From positions 192,001 to 256,000 of the forward strand of contig OY762721.1 in NCBI GenBank assembly GCA_963666345.1: 64,000 nt of DNA. Reading direction: 5' to 3'. The DNA comes from Desulfatiglandales bacterium (GTDB taxonomy: Bacteria; Desulfobacterota; DSM-4660; Desulfatiglandales; Desulfatiglandaceae). The position numbers were made by a program, and so were the translations under genes. The notes under the pieces are model-generated. The model was given only the letters and a program-made list of their open reading frames with translations. It was not told where the DNA came from and searched no databases. Positions 20,951 through 30,339 of the stretch are shown here, piece by piece. Each line of letters opens with the position of its first letter. Positions within the stretch are counted from its first letter, which is position 1.

Positions 20951-21844
20951 CTACCAGATCACACCGCCGCTTTCAAAACGCCTTTCATAATTTCTGCGGG
21001 ATGAGTCCAGAACCTCTCGGAGACGGACAAGGTTTGCCTCCACAGATGCCTCATATGGATCGACCTCTTTTCCATGACGAGACTTGAAATGTGCCTTCAT
21101 ATACCCTGTTATATCCCCCAGTGTTTCCAGCCGCAATTTAACTACATAATCGTAAAAGCTCTGCGTCTTTTCAATCAACATAAGCTCCGAATCAAAGCCA
21201 GGAACAGATGCCTCTTCAAATTCATAAAAAAGGAGGGTAAGCTTGCTCAGATATTCAGGGTCAGCCATCTGACCCAACAGATCGCATGCTGCCAGACACT
21301 TACCTATCAGCTCTATCTCCCTGTTTCTGAATGAGATCTCAGATATCTCCCTTCCCAGTATTGTGCTGAAGATCATACTTCGGCAGTCAGAGATATCTTC
21401 ACTGCTGCGTCCTCTTTTTCCGAGATACCCTGAGAGCAGATCAGCGCTTCTTTCTTCATGACCTACCGTGTGTTTGGCGCCGGTTCCGATCATATCCCCG
21501 GCTTCCTGTATAAGCCCGGTATCATGAAAAAGGGATGAGATAAGGCCCATTTCCATATCCCTTCTTGTTACGGTTTCTCCTGAAAGTCTTGCCCCGTTCA
21601 TAACCCTTGCCATGGCAAGAAAAACAGAAAGGGTGTGCTCAGAGTTATGATACGAGGTGTTACTCTCACGGTAGCCCTCGTATTCGCCTGCAAAAAGCCT
21701 CAAAACGTCGTCAAAAACCTCTTTTACAAGGTTCATTTTCATGTCGGGATAGGCCATTTCGCACACGGACATGACCTCTGAATATATCTCACTTTCAGTA
21801 TACGGTCCGATAAGTTCTCTCAGTTCATCGTTTTCAAGATTCAT
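20951..21844 (-). CDS. HD/PDEase-like metal-dependent phosphohydrolase
   Basis: YHNSEH, FHDTG, HEERS, DLLGQMAD, EFEE; start at ATG 21844 after GGAG (track start 21874). Confidence 0.8.
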   Translation of the reverse strand: MNLENDELRELIGPYTESEIYSEVMSVCEMAYPDMKMNLVKEVFDDVLRLFAGEYEGYRESNTSYHNSEHTLSVFLAMARVMNGARLSGETVTRRDMEMGLISSLFHDTGLIQEAGDMIGTGAKHTVGHEERSADLLSGYLGKRGRSSEDISDCRSMIFSTILGREISEISFRNREIELIGKCLAACDLLGQMADPEYLSKLTLLFYEFEEASVPGFDSELMLIEKTQSFYDYVVKLRLETLGDITGYMKAHFKSRHGKEVDPYEASVEANLVRLREVLDSSRRNYERRFESGGVIW

Positions 21845-21928
21845 CAATAAATCTCCACCGGCACAATGTTCCATGAAAAGCGTGTTGAATCATCTTCCGC
21901 ATGTCAGTAAAGAGCCGTCCGGCTTCAA

Positions 21929-22324
21929 TTATTCCCACCTGTCACCCCTTTTGCGCATCTCTATATGCTCCTCCGCCCTCCCCTTTTCATTGAAAAAGGA
22001 ATTCAAAAACCAGCTGACAATGCTTATGACAAGAGATCCTATCACGGCAGGCCAGAAACCGTAAACCTCAAAGCCGGAAATCACCCCTGATGCCATTTTC
22101 AACAAAAGCGCGTTGATAACGAATGTGAAAAGACCCAGGCTTATGATATTTATCGGAAGTGTAAGGATTATGATGACAGGACGGAAAAAGGTATTAAGGA
22201 TACCCAGGATGGCAGCGGTGAAAAAGGCACTGAAAAAGCCGCTTACGATTATCCCGTCTATAAGGTATGAGGCAAACATTATGGAGGCGGCAAGCATAAA
22301 CCACCTTAGCAGGAGCCATTTCAT
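21929..22324 (-). CDS. YvlD-like ('phage holin family') membrane protein
   Basis: Four TM segments; RPVIIILTLPINIISLGLFTFVINALLL. Confidence 0.85.
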   Translation of the reverse strand: MKWLLLRWFMLAASIMFASYLIDGIIVSGFFSAFFTAAILGILNTFFRPVIIILTLPINIISLGLFTFVINALLLKMASGVISGFEVYGFWPAVIGSLVISIVSWFLNSFFNEKGRAEEHIEMRKRGDRWE

Positions 22325-22586
22325 GGTTTTTCCTCTCACAATATCCTTTTCCGTAATCGCTCCACCGGCATTCGGCCTTCAACTTCCGGCAAAAGCATTC
22401 ATAAAGCAAGTATTTAAACCAATAACTTAATGTCGACGGTTGAGCCCTGCATCCCGAATCCCCCTATTTTCGGATAAACACCGTCTAATAATATAAAAAA
22501 AAATAGTTTCTTCTCAAGCTGATAATTTCAAGTTATCATTTGGGCTGAGCGAAACCGACTTAAACCCCGGTTGTCAAGCAGGAGAT

Positions 22587-23342
22587 ATGAGAATGGATAA
22601 AGATATTAAAAAAGGCGCGGAATTTATCGAAAATTCAAAGAATATCATGGTCTTTTCCGGAGCGGGGCTTAGTACCGAATCAGGCATCCCGGATTTCAGA
22701 AGCCCCGGTGGGGTCTGGGACAGGTATGATCCTTCCGATTTCGATTTTCAAAATATAATATCTGACGAAAGAATAAGGGAAAGATATTGGCAAATGAGCA
22801 CTGAATTTTATGAAAGCATGAGGGACGCGAAACCGAACAAGGCACATATTGCCTTAAAAAAACTGGAAGATAAGGGGAAACTGTTGGCAATAGTGACTCA
22901 AAATATCGACAATCTTCACCAGAAAGCGGGAAATTCAATTGAAAGGATTATTGAACTCCATGGAAACGCCTTTTCCGTCTCATGCCTTGAATGCGGGAAA
23001 AGATACGCAAGGGATCAGATTCAGGAACGGATAAGAAACGGAGTGAAAATCCCCTATTGTGACGATTGCTCAGGGATACTTAAGCCCGACACCATCTCCT
23101 TCGGTCAAACCATGCCTGAGGATAAGATGACCCGGGCATTCATTTGTGCAGGCGAATGTGACCTTTGCATGGTCCTTGGCTCTTCACTCGTGGTTTACCC
23201 GGCCGCATCGGTGCCTGATTATGCCTTAAAAAGCGGGGCCAAAATTATGATTATCAACCGGGATAAAACCCCGTTGGACCCAAAAGCGGACATCGTGATC
23301 CATGAATCCGTGTCATACGCGCTTGTCCGGATGATTGGGTAG
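22587..23342 (+). CDS. cobB: NAD-dependent protein deacylase (Sir2 family)
   Basis: GAGLSTESGIPDFR, TQNIDNLH, HG, two CxxC, GSSLVVYPAA. Confidence 0.93.
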   Translation: MRMDKDIKKGAEFIENSKNIMVFSGAGLSTESGIPDFRSPGGVWDRYDPSDFDFQNIISDERIRERYWQMSTEFYESMRDAKPNKAHIALKKLEDKGKLLAIVTQNIDNLHQKAGNSIERIIELHGNAFSVSCLECGKRYARDQIQERIRNGVKIPYCDDCSGILKPDTISFGQTMPEDKMTRAFICAGECDLCMVLGSSLVVYPAASVPDYALKSGAKIMIINRDKTPLDPKADIVIHESVSYALVRMIG

Positions 23343-23353
23343 GATATTTTTTC

Positions 23354-23382
23354 TTGAAGTAGGAGAAAGATAACTCTAAAGT
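23354..23382 (+). promoter_or_regulatory. Candidate sigma70 promoter of asd
   Basis: TTGAAG-17 nt-TAAAGT. Confidence 0.45.
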
Positions 23383-23419
23383 GTATTGTTAAGGTTTTAA
23401 AAATGCCTCACTCGCGATT

Positions 23420-23518
23420 ACCCTGTGGCTTGTTGCACAGGGTTAGCCGGCGATAGCAAGGTAAACAAAAGGCCTTAAAATTTGGAGATTCCCCGCAGCT
23501 TCCAGCGGGGAGTTTTAA
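23420..23518. repeat. Two related GC-rich hairpins (REP-like) in the asd leader
   Basis: ACCCTGTG-gcttgttg-CACAGGGT (23420-23443) and TTCCCCGC-agcttcca-GCGGGGAG then TTTT (23489-23516); both loops contain GCTT. Confidence 0.55.
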
Positions 23519-23535
23519 TTTATCCGGAGGAAATT

Positions 23536-24651
23536 ATGCTCAAAATCGGTTTTATAGGGTGGAGGGGCATGGTCGGCTCGGTCCTCATGGAGCGGATGCG
23601 TGAAGAAAAGGATTTCAAGGACTTTGAGGCCACATTTTTTACCACCTCTAATGTGGGAGGTAAAGGACCTGAAACAGGGCTTATGATTCCGCCCCTCAAA
23701 GACGCCTTTGACATTAAGCTCCTTTCATCTCTGGATATCATCCTGTGCTGCCAGGGAGGAGACTACACCAAGAAGGTCTATCCTGAACTGCGTTCAAAGG
23801 GATGGAACGGCTACTGGATCGATTCGGCTTCCACCTTAAGACTCAGCCAGGATAGCATAATAGTCCTGGACCCTGTTAACAGATCCGTAATAGACAAAGG
23901 GCTCAGCTCCGGGATAAAGACATATGTCGGCGGGAACTGCACGGTAAGTCTTATGCTCATGGCCGTTTCCGGGTTATTCGCCTCCGGACATGTGGAATGG
24001 GTCTCTTCGATGACCTACCAGGCGGCCTCAGGTGCCGGGGCAAAAAACATGAAGGAGCTTGCCGAGCAGATGTCTCTGATAGGCCGGGTCGCCCGGCCGT
24101 TTCTGGATGACCCCGCTTCCACCGCAATTGAAATAGACAGGGCCGTAACTGAAAGCATGAGGCAGGCGGACTTTCCTACAGACAATTTTTCAGCCCCGCT
24201 TGCAGGAAGTGTACTGCCCTGGATCGATTCTCAAATGGAATCGGGCCAGACACGAGAAGAGTGGAAGGGATCTGTTGAGACGAACAAGATACTTGGAAGT
24301 CAATCCCCCGTGCCGGTTGACGGGCTATGCGTCAGGGTGGGAGCAATGCGCTGTCACAGCCAGGCCCTTACCGTAAAACTGGATGCCGACCTGCCTGTTG
24401 ATGAGATAGAAGACATCATCAAAAAGGCAAACGACTGGGTACGTCTCATTGAAAACGACAAAAAATCAACCCTTGCACATCTTACACCTGCCGCCGTGTC
24501 CGGATCTCTGAACGTCCCGGTGGGAAGGATCAGGAAGATGCTCATGGGCCCTGAATATCTCGCCGCCTTCACTGTCGGCGATCAGCTTCTATGGGGTGCG
24601 GCTGAACCTGTTCGCAGGGTACTCAATATTATCATTGAGCATCTTCGCTAG
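23536..24651 (+). CDS. asd: Aspartate-semialdehyde dehydrogenase
   Basis: GWRGMVGSVL, GGNCTVS, TYQAASGAGA, RCHSQA, GDQLLWGAAEP; GGAGG RBS before ATG 23536. Confidence 0.97.
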   Translation: MLKIGFIGWRGMVGSVLMERMREEKDFKDFEATFFTTSNVGGKGPETGLMIPPLKDAFDIKLLSSLDIILCCQGGDYTKKVYPELRSKGWNGYWIDSASTLRLSQDSIIVLDPVNRSVIDKGLSSGIKTYVGGNCTVSLMLMAVSGLFASGHVEWVSSMTYQAASGAGAKNMKELAEQMSLIGRVARPFLDDPASTAIEIDRAVTESMRQADFPTDNFSAPLAGSVLPWIDSQMESGQTREEWKGSVETNKILGSQSPVPVDGLCVRVGAMRCHSQALTVKLDADLPVDEIEDIIKKANDWVRLIENDKKSTLAHLTPAAVSGSLNVPVGRIRKMLMGPEYLAAFTVGDQLLWGAAEPVRRVLNIIIEHLR

Positions 24652-24675
24652 CTTGCCGCATTCTTCACAGGGCTG

Positions 24676-24703
24676 TTGACAAATGTATATGTTTGATTAA
24701 TAT
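24676..24703 (+). promoter_or_regulatory. Candidate sigma70 promoter of selC
   Basis: TTGACA-16 nt-TAATAT ending 15 nt before the tRNA. Confidence 0.55.
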
Positions 24704-24717
24704 AGCAACTGAGCCAT

Positions 24718-24815
24718 GGAAGTGGAAAGCTCACTGGTGGGGCTCCCGGACTTCAAATCCGGTGTGCCGGGCTAAACCCTCGGCAGGTGGGTTCGATTCC
24801 CATGCACTTCCGCCA
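24718..24815 (+). tRNA. selC: tRNA-Sec (TCA)
   Basis: 98 nt, GGAAG...CTTCCGCCA ends, anticodon arm CCGGAC-TTCAA-ATCCGG, long variable arm TGCCG...CGGCA, TTCGATT T-loop. Confidence 0.95.
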
Positions 24816-24826
24816 AAAAAAACTCG

Positions 24827-24864
24827 AAAAGGCCCTGCAACCTCATTTAGCCGCAAGGCCTTTT
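24827..24864. terminator. Probable bidirectional terminator between selC and iorB
   Basis: AAAAGGCC-CTGC...GCAA-GGCCTTTT between convergent genes. Confidence 0.6.
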
Positions 24865-24875
24865 ATTCCGACCTT

Positions 24876-25496
24876 CTATTTTCTGACCATATTCACCCCG
24901 ATGTCAAAGGCCTCCAGGTTCACTGCGATCTTATCAGGTGACATCTTCCTTAACAGCACCGATTCGAAGCACTCACGGTCCAGGGGGAGAACCTTTGTTG
25001 CGGCTAGGGCGCCCACGGATATTATGTTACCGAAAATGGGATTTCCCAGCTTGAGGGCCTCTTCGGTGGCACCGATAAACCAGGCATTGAGACTCAGTAC
25101 CCCAACCCATTCCCTTATCTCTTTTAGAGCTGGACATGTCTGTTCCCCGGAGATGACCCCTATGGAGTGGATCGGCCTTGTATTGCAAAGGACCCCCACT
25201 TTCGGGTTTCCGTAATCCCTCAGGACCCGTATTGCTTCGGTCGGCTCAAGGGCCACGATCATATGTGCCCTGCCCTTCGGCATCTGGGGAGAAAAGATTG
25301 AGGCAGCGGAGATCCTCAGGTGGCTCATGACCGAGCCGCCCCGCTGCGAGGCCCCGAAGGTTTCACCGATGGTCACATAAAACCCGCGTCGGGACAGCAT
25401 GTCTCCCACCATCCTGGAGGCAAGGACGTTACCCTGGCCTCCTACACCAGCGATAATAAGGTTGTAGGGATCGCTTTTAAGCTGTGCGTTTTCCAT
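24876..25496 (-). CDS. iorB: Indolepyruvate:ferredoxin oxidoreductase beta subunit
   Basis: IAGVGGQG, GASQRGGSVMSHLR, ALEPTEA. Confidence 0.9.
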   Translation of the reverse strand: MENAQLKSDPYNLIIAGVGGQGNVLASRMVGDMLSRRGFYVTIGETFGASQRGGSVMSHLRISAASIFSPQMPKGRAHMIVALEPTEAIRVLRDYGNPKVGVLCNTRPIHSIGVISGEQTCPALKEIREWVGVLSLNAWFIGATEEALKLGNPIFGNIISVGALAATKVLPLDRECFESVLLRKMSPDKIAVNLEAFDIGVNMVRK

Positions 25497-25499
25497 TTC

Positions 25500-27443
25500 T
25501 TAGGCAACCTCCCTTTTTTCGATGGCCCCTGACGGGCAGATGGAGGCACAAACGCCGCACCCGGCGCAGATAACCTCGTCTATCCCGGCCGTCTTTTTCT
25601 CACTGTCCCATACCAGACCCGGACACTTTAGAACCCTTGTGCACAGCCGGTTGCACCCGCAGTTCTCACCGATGCAGACTTTTTCATTCACCCACATATC
25701 GAACATCTTTTTGCCCTTCTTTTCAGGGCTCAGGGCACAGATCTGCCTGAGGATGACGACCTTGACACCTTTATCATCCTCCAGCGTTTCCAGCAGGGTC
25801 TCCTGTGTTTTTTCCATATCAAAGGGGTCCACGACCCAGACCTTTGCGCCCATTGCCTCGCAGAGCCCCTGTATGTCAATATCCGGGACTTCTTCTCCGC
25901 ACGCATTGACCTTAAGACCCGGATGGGCCTGAAAACCGGTCATTGCCGTTCCGCGGTTGTCAAGGACCACGAGGGTGATATTAGCCCTGTTATGGACGGC
26001 GTTCACCAGAGCGGGCATGACCGCATGAAAAAATGTGGAATCGCCGCACACAGAGACGATGGGCTGGTCCATGCCAAAGCCATCGAGTTTGCCGAATCCG
26101 CTGGCAAGGCCGGTCCCGCATCCCATGGCATGCAGTGTCTTGAGGGTTTCAAAACCGCTGGCCCCGGCGGCCAGGGAATAGCAGCCGATATCACCGCACA
26201 TGAAACCCTCCCGGTTGTCAATACTGAGCGCCTTATGGATGTTCCAGAAGGATGCCCTGTGAGGGCATCCGGGGCAGAACGTCAATGCCCGGTCCGGCGC
26301 CCCCTGGACAGCAATCTCCTGTGCCCTTTTTGCGTAGTCCTCGGAAACACTTTTATATGGGACATCCAGGATCTTTGAAAGGGCACCCACTAAAAGGTCG
26401 GGATTAAGTTCGTTTGTTGTGGGAAGGGTGCCGTCGTGCTTGCCGTGAAATGTTTTGATCCCGATCTTTGGGGCAATCCGCGCGGCAAGGGCCTCGATAT
26501 TGTCCTCTAAAAAGGGAAGCACCTCTTCCACTATCAGTACTCTTTCAGTAATGGACAGGTATTTCGTGAGTAAACGGTCGGGAAGAGGCCACGTGGTACC
26601 CAGTTTAAGAAGACCCACCCTGTCATCGACCCCGAGCAGATGGATCGCCTCCTTGCTGTAAAGCGTGCAGGCGGAGCTGGTGATAAGGAGGAGTTCGGGT
26701 GCCTCCGGCCCGGTGTAGGTGTTAAAAGAAGAATCCTCCATAAATTTTGCGGCCATACGGAGTCTCTCCTGCTGACGGGCATGAAGGGGGCCCACCATGC
26801 CCGGAAGATTAATTATGGGCCCCTTCATCTGATCCAGGAAGGCCCCGTTGTAGCGGAAGCGGGCCTCCGCCTTCACGGTGGGAAGTTCTCCCAGGACCAC
26901 GTTCCCGCTGGCATGGGAGAGCCTGGTCACGCTCCTCACCATCACCACGTTTCTTATCTCTTCCGAGAGCTCAAAGGCCCACTTGGTCATGTCCTTGGCC
27001 TCCTGGAAGCCCCCGGGCTCCAGGAGAGGAAATTCCATCATCTTTGCGTAGTACCTGGATTCTCCTTCGTTGGTGCTTGAAAGGGCCCCAGGATCTTCGC
27101 ATGATACCAGGACCATCCCTCCCCTCGTACCCGACTGGGCCAAGTGGAGCAGAAAGTCCGCGGCCACGTTCACGCCGACCTGCTTCATGACGGCAAGGGA
27201 GCGCAGACCCGCAAAGGAGCCTGCAGCGGCCACTTCTGTCGCCACCTTTTCATTTACCGACCATTCCACATAGATATTCCTCTCTTGAGAGACCCTTGAG
27301 AGGTTTTCGATGATTTCGGACGAAGGTGTCCCGGGATACCCGGCCGCCACGCTGATTCCCGCCTCAAGAGCCCCCTGGGCGATGGCGTCGTTCCCCATCA
27401 TCAGGAGCCTTTCCCCCTTTTCCGCCTGTAATAGGATAGGCAT
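25500..27443 (-). CDS. iorA: Indolepyruvate:ferredoxin oxidoreductase alpha subunit
   Basis: GYPGTPSSE, NEKVA, FCPGCPHR, GDIGCY, GDSTFFH, TAMTG, C-terminal ferredoxin cysteines. Confidence 0.92.
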   Translation of the reverse strand: MPILLQAEKGERLLMMGNDAIAQGALEAGISVAAGYPGTPSSEIIENLSRVSQERNIYVEWSVNEKVATEVAAAGSFAGLRSLAVMKQVGVNVAADFLLHLAQSGTRGGMVLVSCEDPGALSSTNEGESRYYAKMMEFPLLEPGGFQEAKDMTKWAFELSEEIRNVVMVRSVTRLSHASGNVVLGELPTVKAEARFRYNGAFLDQMKGPIINLPGMVGPLHARQQERLRMAAKFMEDSSFNTYTGPEAPELLLITSSACTLYSKEAIHLLGVDDRVGLLKLGTTWPLPDRLLTKYLSITERVLIVEEVLPFLEDNIEALAARIAPKIGIKTFHGKHDGTLPTTNELNPDLLVGALSKILDVPYKSVSEDYAKRAQEIAVQGAPDRALTFCPGCPHRASFWNIHKALSIDNREGFMCGDIGCYSLAAGASGFETLKTLHAMGCGTGLASGFGKLDGFGMDQPIVSVCGDSTFFHAVMPALVNAVHNRANITLVVLDNRGTAMTGFQAHPGLKVNACGEEVPDIDIQGLCEAMGAKVWVVDPFDMEKTQETLLETLEDDKGVKVVILRQICALSPEKKGKKMFDMWVNEKVCIGENCGCNRLCTRVLKCPGLVWDSEKKTAGIDEVICAGCGVCASICPSGAIEKREVA

Positions 27444-27446
27444 CTC

Positions 27447-28574
27447 TTATCCCTCCTGTTCTCCGACTATCTTCCGGACCACGTCTTCACTTATCCTGAG
27501 TACGGAATGGCGTTCCTTCTCACCGCTATTCAGAAACCCCTGCTCAATACACTTAATGAGGGATCTTTTTCGCTTTTTGGAGGCCGCAAAGGCAAGATGC
27601 GCCAGGCTCCGTTCCGGTATCTCTTTAGTCTGAAGCCAGCCCTCGGAAACCGCTTTTTCAACGATTTCATTCCCTTTTTCCGAACGTATGACAAGGATGT
27701 TCCACTCAGGTTCCCCTTCCAGCACACCCACCGAGATGTCGGCCCACTCCGAGGTCATATCGGGACACACAAGGCATCCTTGTGGGACTAGGGGCCGGAT
27801 TTCATCCAGGGGGATCTCAATGCGACCTTCATCCGTCTCAAGCACAAAGATCTCGGCAGGCGGGGGGGGTATGTCCATCTTCCTGATCCCGCTGATATCC
27901 AACCGTTTCGAAAGCATTGCTATGAGTTTGCGTGTGTCAAGAGCCCAGGTGCAGAACAGCCCCACCACCAGGGCAACCGGATCGACGAAGTCGGGCCGAT
28001 CCAGCGGGTTCAAGCGCATCTGTTCAATGGCGGTAACCTGGCAGGGCGTTCCGACAAACCCCATACGGGTGTAACCCTCACGCGCACCCCGGTTCACGGC
28101 CGCAACCGTAGGGGCGGCCATGTACTTGGAGCCGGCGAATTCCACCACCTCGCTTGCTCTGGTTGCGATTTTTGGGACAGGCACCAGCCCCTCCCGGTCC
28201 GTGAGGACCGCCGAGTCGATTATTGCGTTTTCCAGGGCAAATGACATTATAGCGGACACTGCCCCGCCCGCCTGGAAGGGACCCTCTGACATCCTGTCAC
28301 CGGCCCTGGCGGCAAACACCTTACTGTAATCGCCCAGGGCGCTCCCTTCATAGGGTTTGCCCCGAAGGTTCTCGGACAGTTGGTCGAGATCAACTTCGGC
28401 CTTGGGGCAATGCGCGTAGCACCTCCCCTGTTCAAGATCGCACGGGAAGATCATGGCGGTCTTGCCCCTGTATGTCTTGAAATAAGGGCACAGGTCCACG
28501 CACGCCCCGCAAGCTACGCACAAATCTCTTTCATGGATATCTTTCAGAAGCTCATTTGGTCCATAGATATGCAT
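27447..28574 (-). CDS. FrhB/FdhB-family (F420 hydrogenase beta-like) Fe-S flavoprotein
   Basis: CVACGACVDLCP, GGAVSA, GSKY, VGTPCQ, GLFC, CLVCPD...ADISVG; GGAGG RBS before ATG 28574. Confidence 0.88.
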   Translation of the reverse strand: MHIYGPNELLKDIHERDLCVACGACVDLCPYFKTYRGKTAMIFPCDLEQGRCYAHCPKAEVDLDQLSENLRGKPYEGSALGDYSKVFAARAGDRMSEGPFQAGGAVSAIMSFALENAIIDSAVLTDREGLVPVPKIATRASEVVEFAGSKYMAAPTVAAVNRGAREGYTRMGFVGTPCQVTAIEQMRLNPLDRPDFVDPVALVVGLFCTWALDTRKLIAMLSKRLDISGIRKMDIPPPPAEIFVLETDEGRIEIPLDEIRPLVPQGCLVCPDMTSEWADISVGVLEGEPEWNILVIRSEKGNEIVEKAVSEGWLQTKEIPERSLAHLAFAASKKRKRSLIKCIEQGFLNSGEKERHSVLRISEDVVRKIVGEQEG

Positions 28575-28828
28575 CTCAGGAAAACCTCCCAGGCTCCTTT
28601 TGGCTTGAAAAATAGAGCAATTATCCGGGCCACCCGGATCCATACATTTATTTACTGTTGTTGATTTGTACTTGAAAACCCTGACCTTCTTCAGTGTCCG
28701 CCTTAAGGCTTTAAAATAAAAGCATGCCAGTTGTATTCTTCAATAAAATGTTGATATATGAAAGTATGGATTATGGCAAGGGATGTTCGCCTTCAATCTG
28801 TTTCTTTGAATATATTGATATATTACAA

Positions 28829-29057
28829 GATTGCATTCGTAAAAAGTCAAGATTCACACGGCACAGTAAAAAGCTCCAAATGCAAGGATTGCACTTCCGG
28901 GAACCCGCTTCGAAGCAGTGGCACTGAGCAAGGCCCGGTGGGATTTGCGAAGAAGCTTGAGGAATAAGGCGTACTTATAGTACGACGCAATGACGAAAGA
29001 TGAAGCATAATCCCGCCCCCGATGCGGGACAGTTGGACTTCTTACGATGCCGTCAAC
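28829..29057. mobile_element. Non-coding miniature inverted-repeat element (MITE-like)
   Basis: Left ends GATTGCATTCGTAAAAAGTC (28829) and CACGGCACAGTAAAAAGCTCC (28857) are imperfect inverted copies of the right end GGACTTCTTACGATGCCGTCAAC (29035-29057); internal hairpins; no transposase. Confidence 0.65.
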
Positions 29058-29233
29058 ATTAATCAACCTGCTGTCTTAAAAATACTCTTCTGCAGATAAG
29101 TCCGCGTCGGCAGGATCGGTCCGTTTTATCTGAATATGCCTGACAACAATGATCTGTTATTGCTCCTGACGGAGGAAATATTTTGACTAGGCAAGGTTTA
29201 ACAACTATATTTGCTCCCAAGGAGCTCATAGCT

Positions 29234-30295
29234 ATGAATAAAAAATATGGATCAAGTTTTTTTCTCATACTTCTACTCTGTTCTCTCCTCCTGTTGATGG
29301 GGCTTTTCCAGACCTATATCTCGGCAATAGTCTTTGCCCTGCTCATTGCAAGTGTATTCAATCCGATGTACCTGAGGTTAAATAAATTTCTGGGGAACAG
29401 GGAAAACCTTGCGTCGGCCTCCATGCTGGTATTCATTCTACTTGTGCTCATTATTCCCACTGTATGGTTCGTTGGAACCCTCTCCAATGAGGCATATGAT
29501 TTTTATGACCGTACCCGCGATTCGGTTTCTCTTGCTCAGATAAAGGAGACGCTGAACAGCGATTCCATATGGGTTGAAAGGGCAAGAAATCTCTCGGAAA
29601 AGGCGGGGATCGAATTCACGCCTGAATCGATTGAAAAACTTGCGGCTGGCCTTGGAAAACAGGTGGGCTTTTTTCTCTATAAACAGTTGAGTTCCGTTGC
29701 GTCCAACCTGTTCAATTTTCTCATCCACTTTTTCATGATGATGTTTACCATCTTCTATCTGTTCCGTGACGGGGCAAGGTTAAGGGAGTATATTACCCGG
29801 CTTCTGCCTGTGCCTGAAGAGCAGGTGGCAAAGGTCATAAAAAAATTCAATGAAATGGGGAGTTCCCTTATTTTTGGAAACGGCATCTCAGGTATTGTTC
29901 AAGGGATACTCGGAGGTATAGGCTTTGCCGTTTTCGGCCTCGGTTCCCCCCTCCTCTGGGGTTCCGTACTCGCCTTCATGGCCTTTTTGCCTATAATCGG
30001 TGCCTCGATCGTCTTTTTCCCCGCCACGGCCATACTCGTTTTTCAAGGTAAGATGTCCGTGGCCATAACTTATCTGCTCTACAACATGGTCTACAGCTCT
30101 GTGATAGAATATATAATAAAACCCCGCCTGATCGGACGGGGCATGGAGTTAAACGCGCTGTTGGTTTTCATCGGAATAATCGGAGGAATAAAACTTTTTG
30201 GAATTCTGGGAATTATTTACGGTCCGTTTATCATAACCATTTTTCTAACCCTTGCAGAGATCTACAGGATTGAATACAAAGATCAGACAGGCTAG
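29234..30295 (+). CDS. AI-2E (PerM/YdiK) family transporter
   Basis: Hydrophobic profile, FLPIIGA, IIKPRLIG, FGILGIIYGP; AAGGAG RBS before ATG 29234. Confidence 0.9.
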   Translation: MNKKYGSSFFLILLLCSLLLLMGLFQTYISAIVFALLIASVFNPMYLRLNKFLGNRENLASASMLVFILLVLIIPTVWFVGTLSNEAYDFYDRTRDSVSLAQIKETLNSDSIWVERARNLSEKAGIEFTPESIEKLAAGLGKQVGFFLYKQLSSVASNLFNFLIHFFMMMFTIFYLFRDGARLREYITRLLPVPEEQVAKVIKKFNEMGSSLIFGNGISGIVQGILGGIGFAVFGLGSPLLWGSVLAFMAFLPIIGASIVFFPATAILVFQGKMSVAITYLLYNMVYSSVIEYIIKPRLIGRGMELNALLVFIGIIGGIKLFGILGIIYGPFIITIFLTLAEIYRIEYKDQTG

Positions 30296-30339
30296 GAAGT
30301 CGTCACCGAGGAAATATCTATCCAAAGGAGAGAACAGAG

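Noticed and set aside
21929..22324. Prophage suggested by a 'holin family' protein
   Set aside because: YvlD-like proteins are common chromosomal genes and no phage genes are nearby
22403..22422. Sigma54-like TGG...TTGC on the minus strand upstream of the YvlD-like gene
   Set aside because: GG-to-GC spacing is 11 nt rather than the required 10
22587..23342. Sir2 protein as an anti-phage defence effector
   Set aside because: It has the Zn-binding cysteines and motifs of housekeeping sirtuin deacylases and no defence partner genes nearby
23403..23456. Leader peptide MPHSRLPCGLLHRVSRR upstream of asd
   Set aside because: No Thr, Lys or Ile codons, no internal Met and no RBS
28714..28730. Sigma54 promoter (TGGCATG) upstream of the FrhB-like/ior operon
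   Set aside because: No GC at the -12 position
28724..29268. Short ORFs of 67-70 aa in the divergent intergenic region
   Set aside because: They overlap the inverted-repeat element or neighbouring gene starts and have no RBS or motif support
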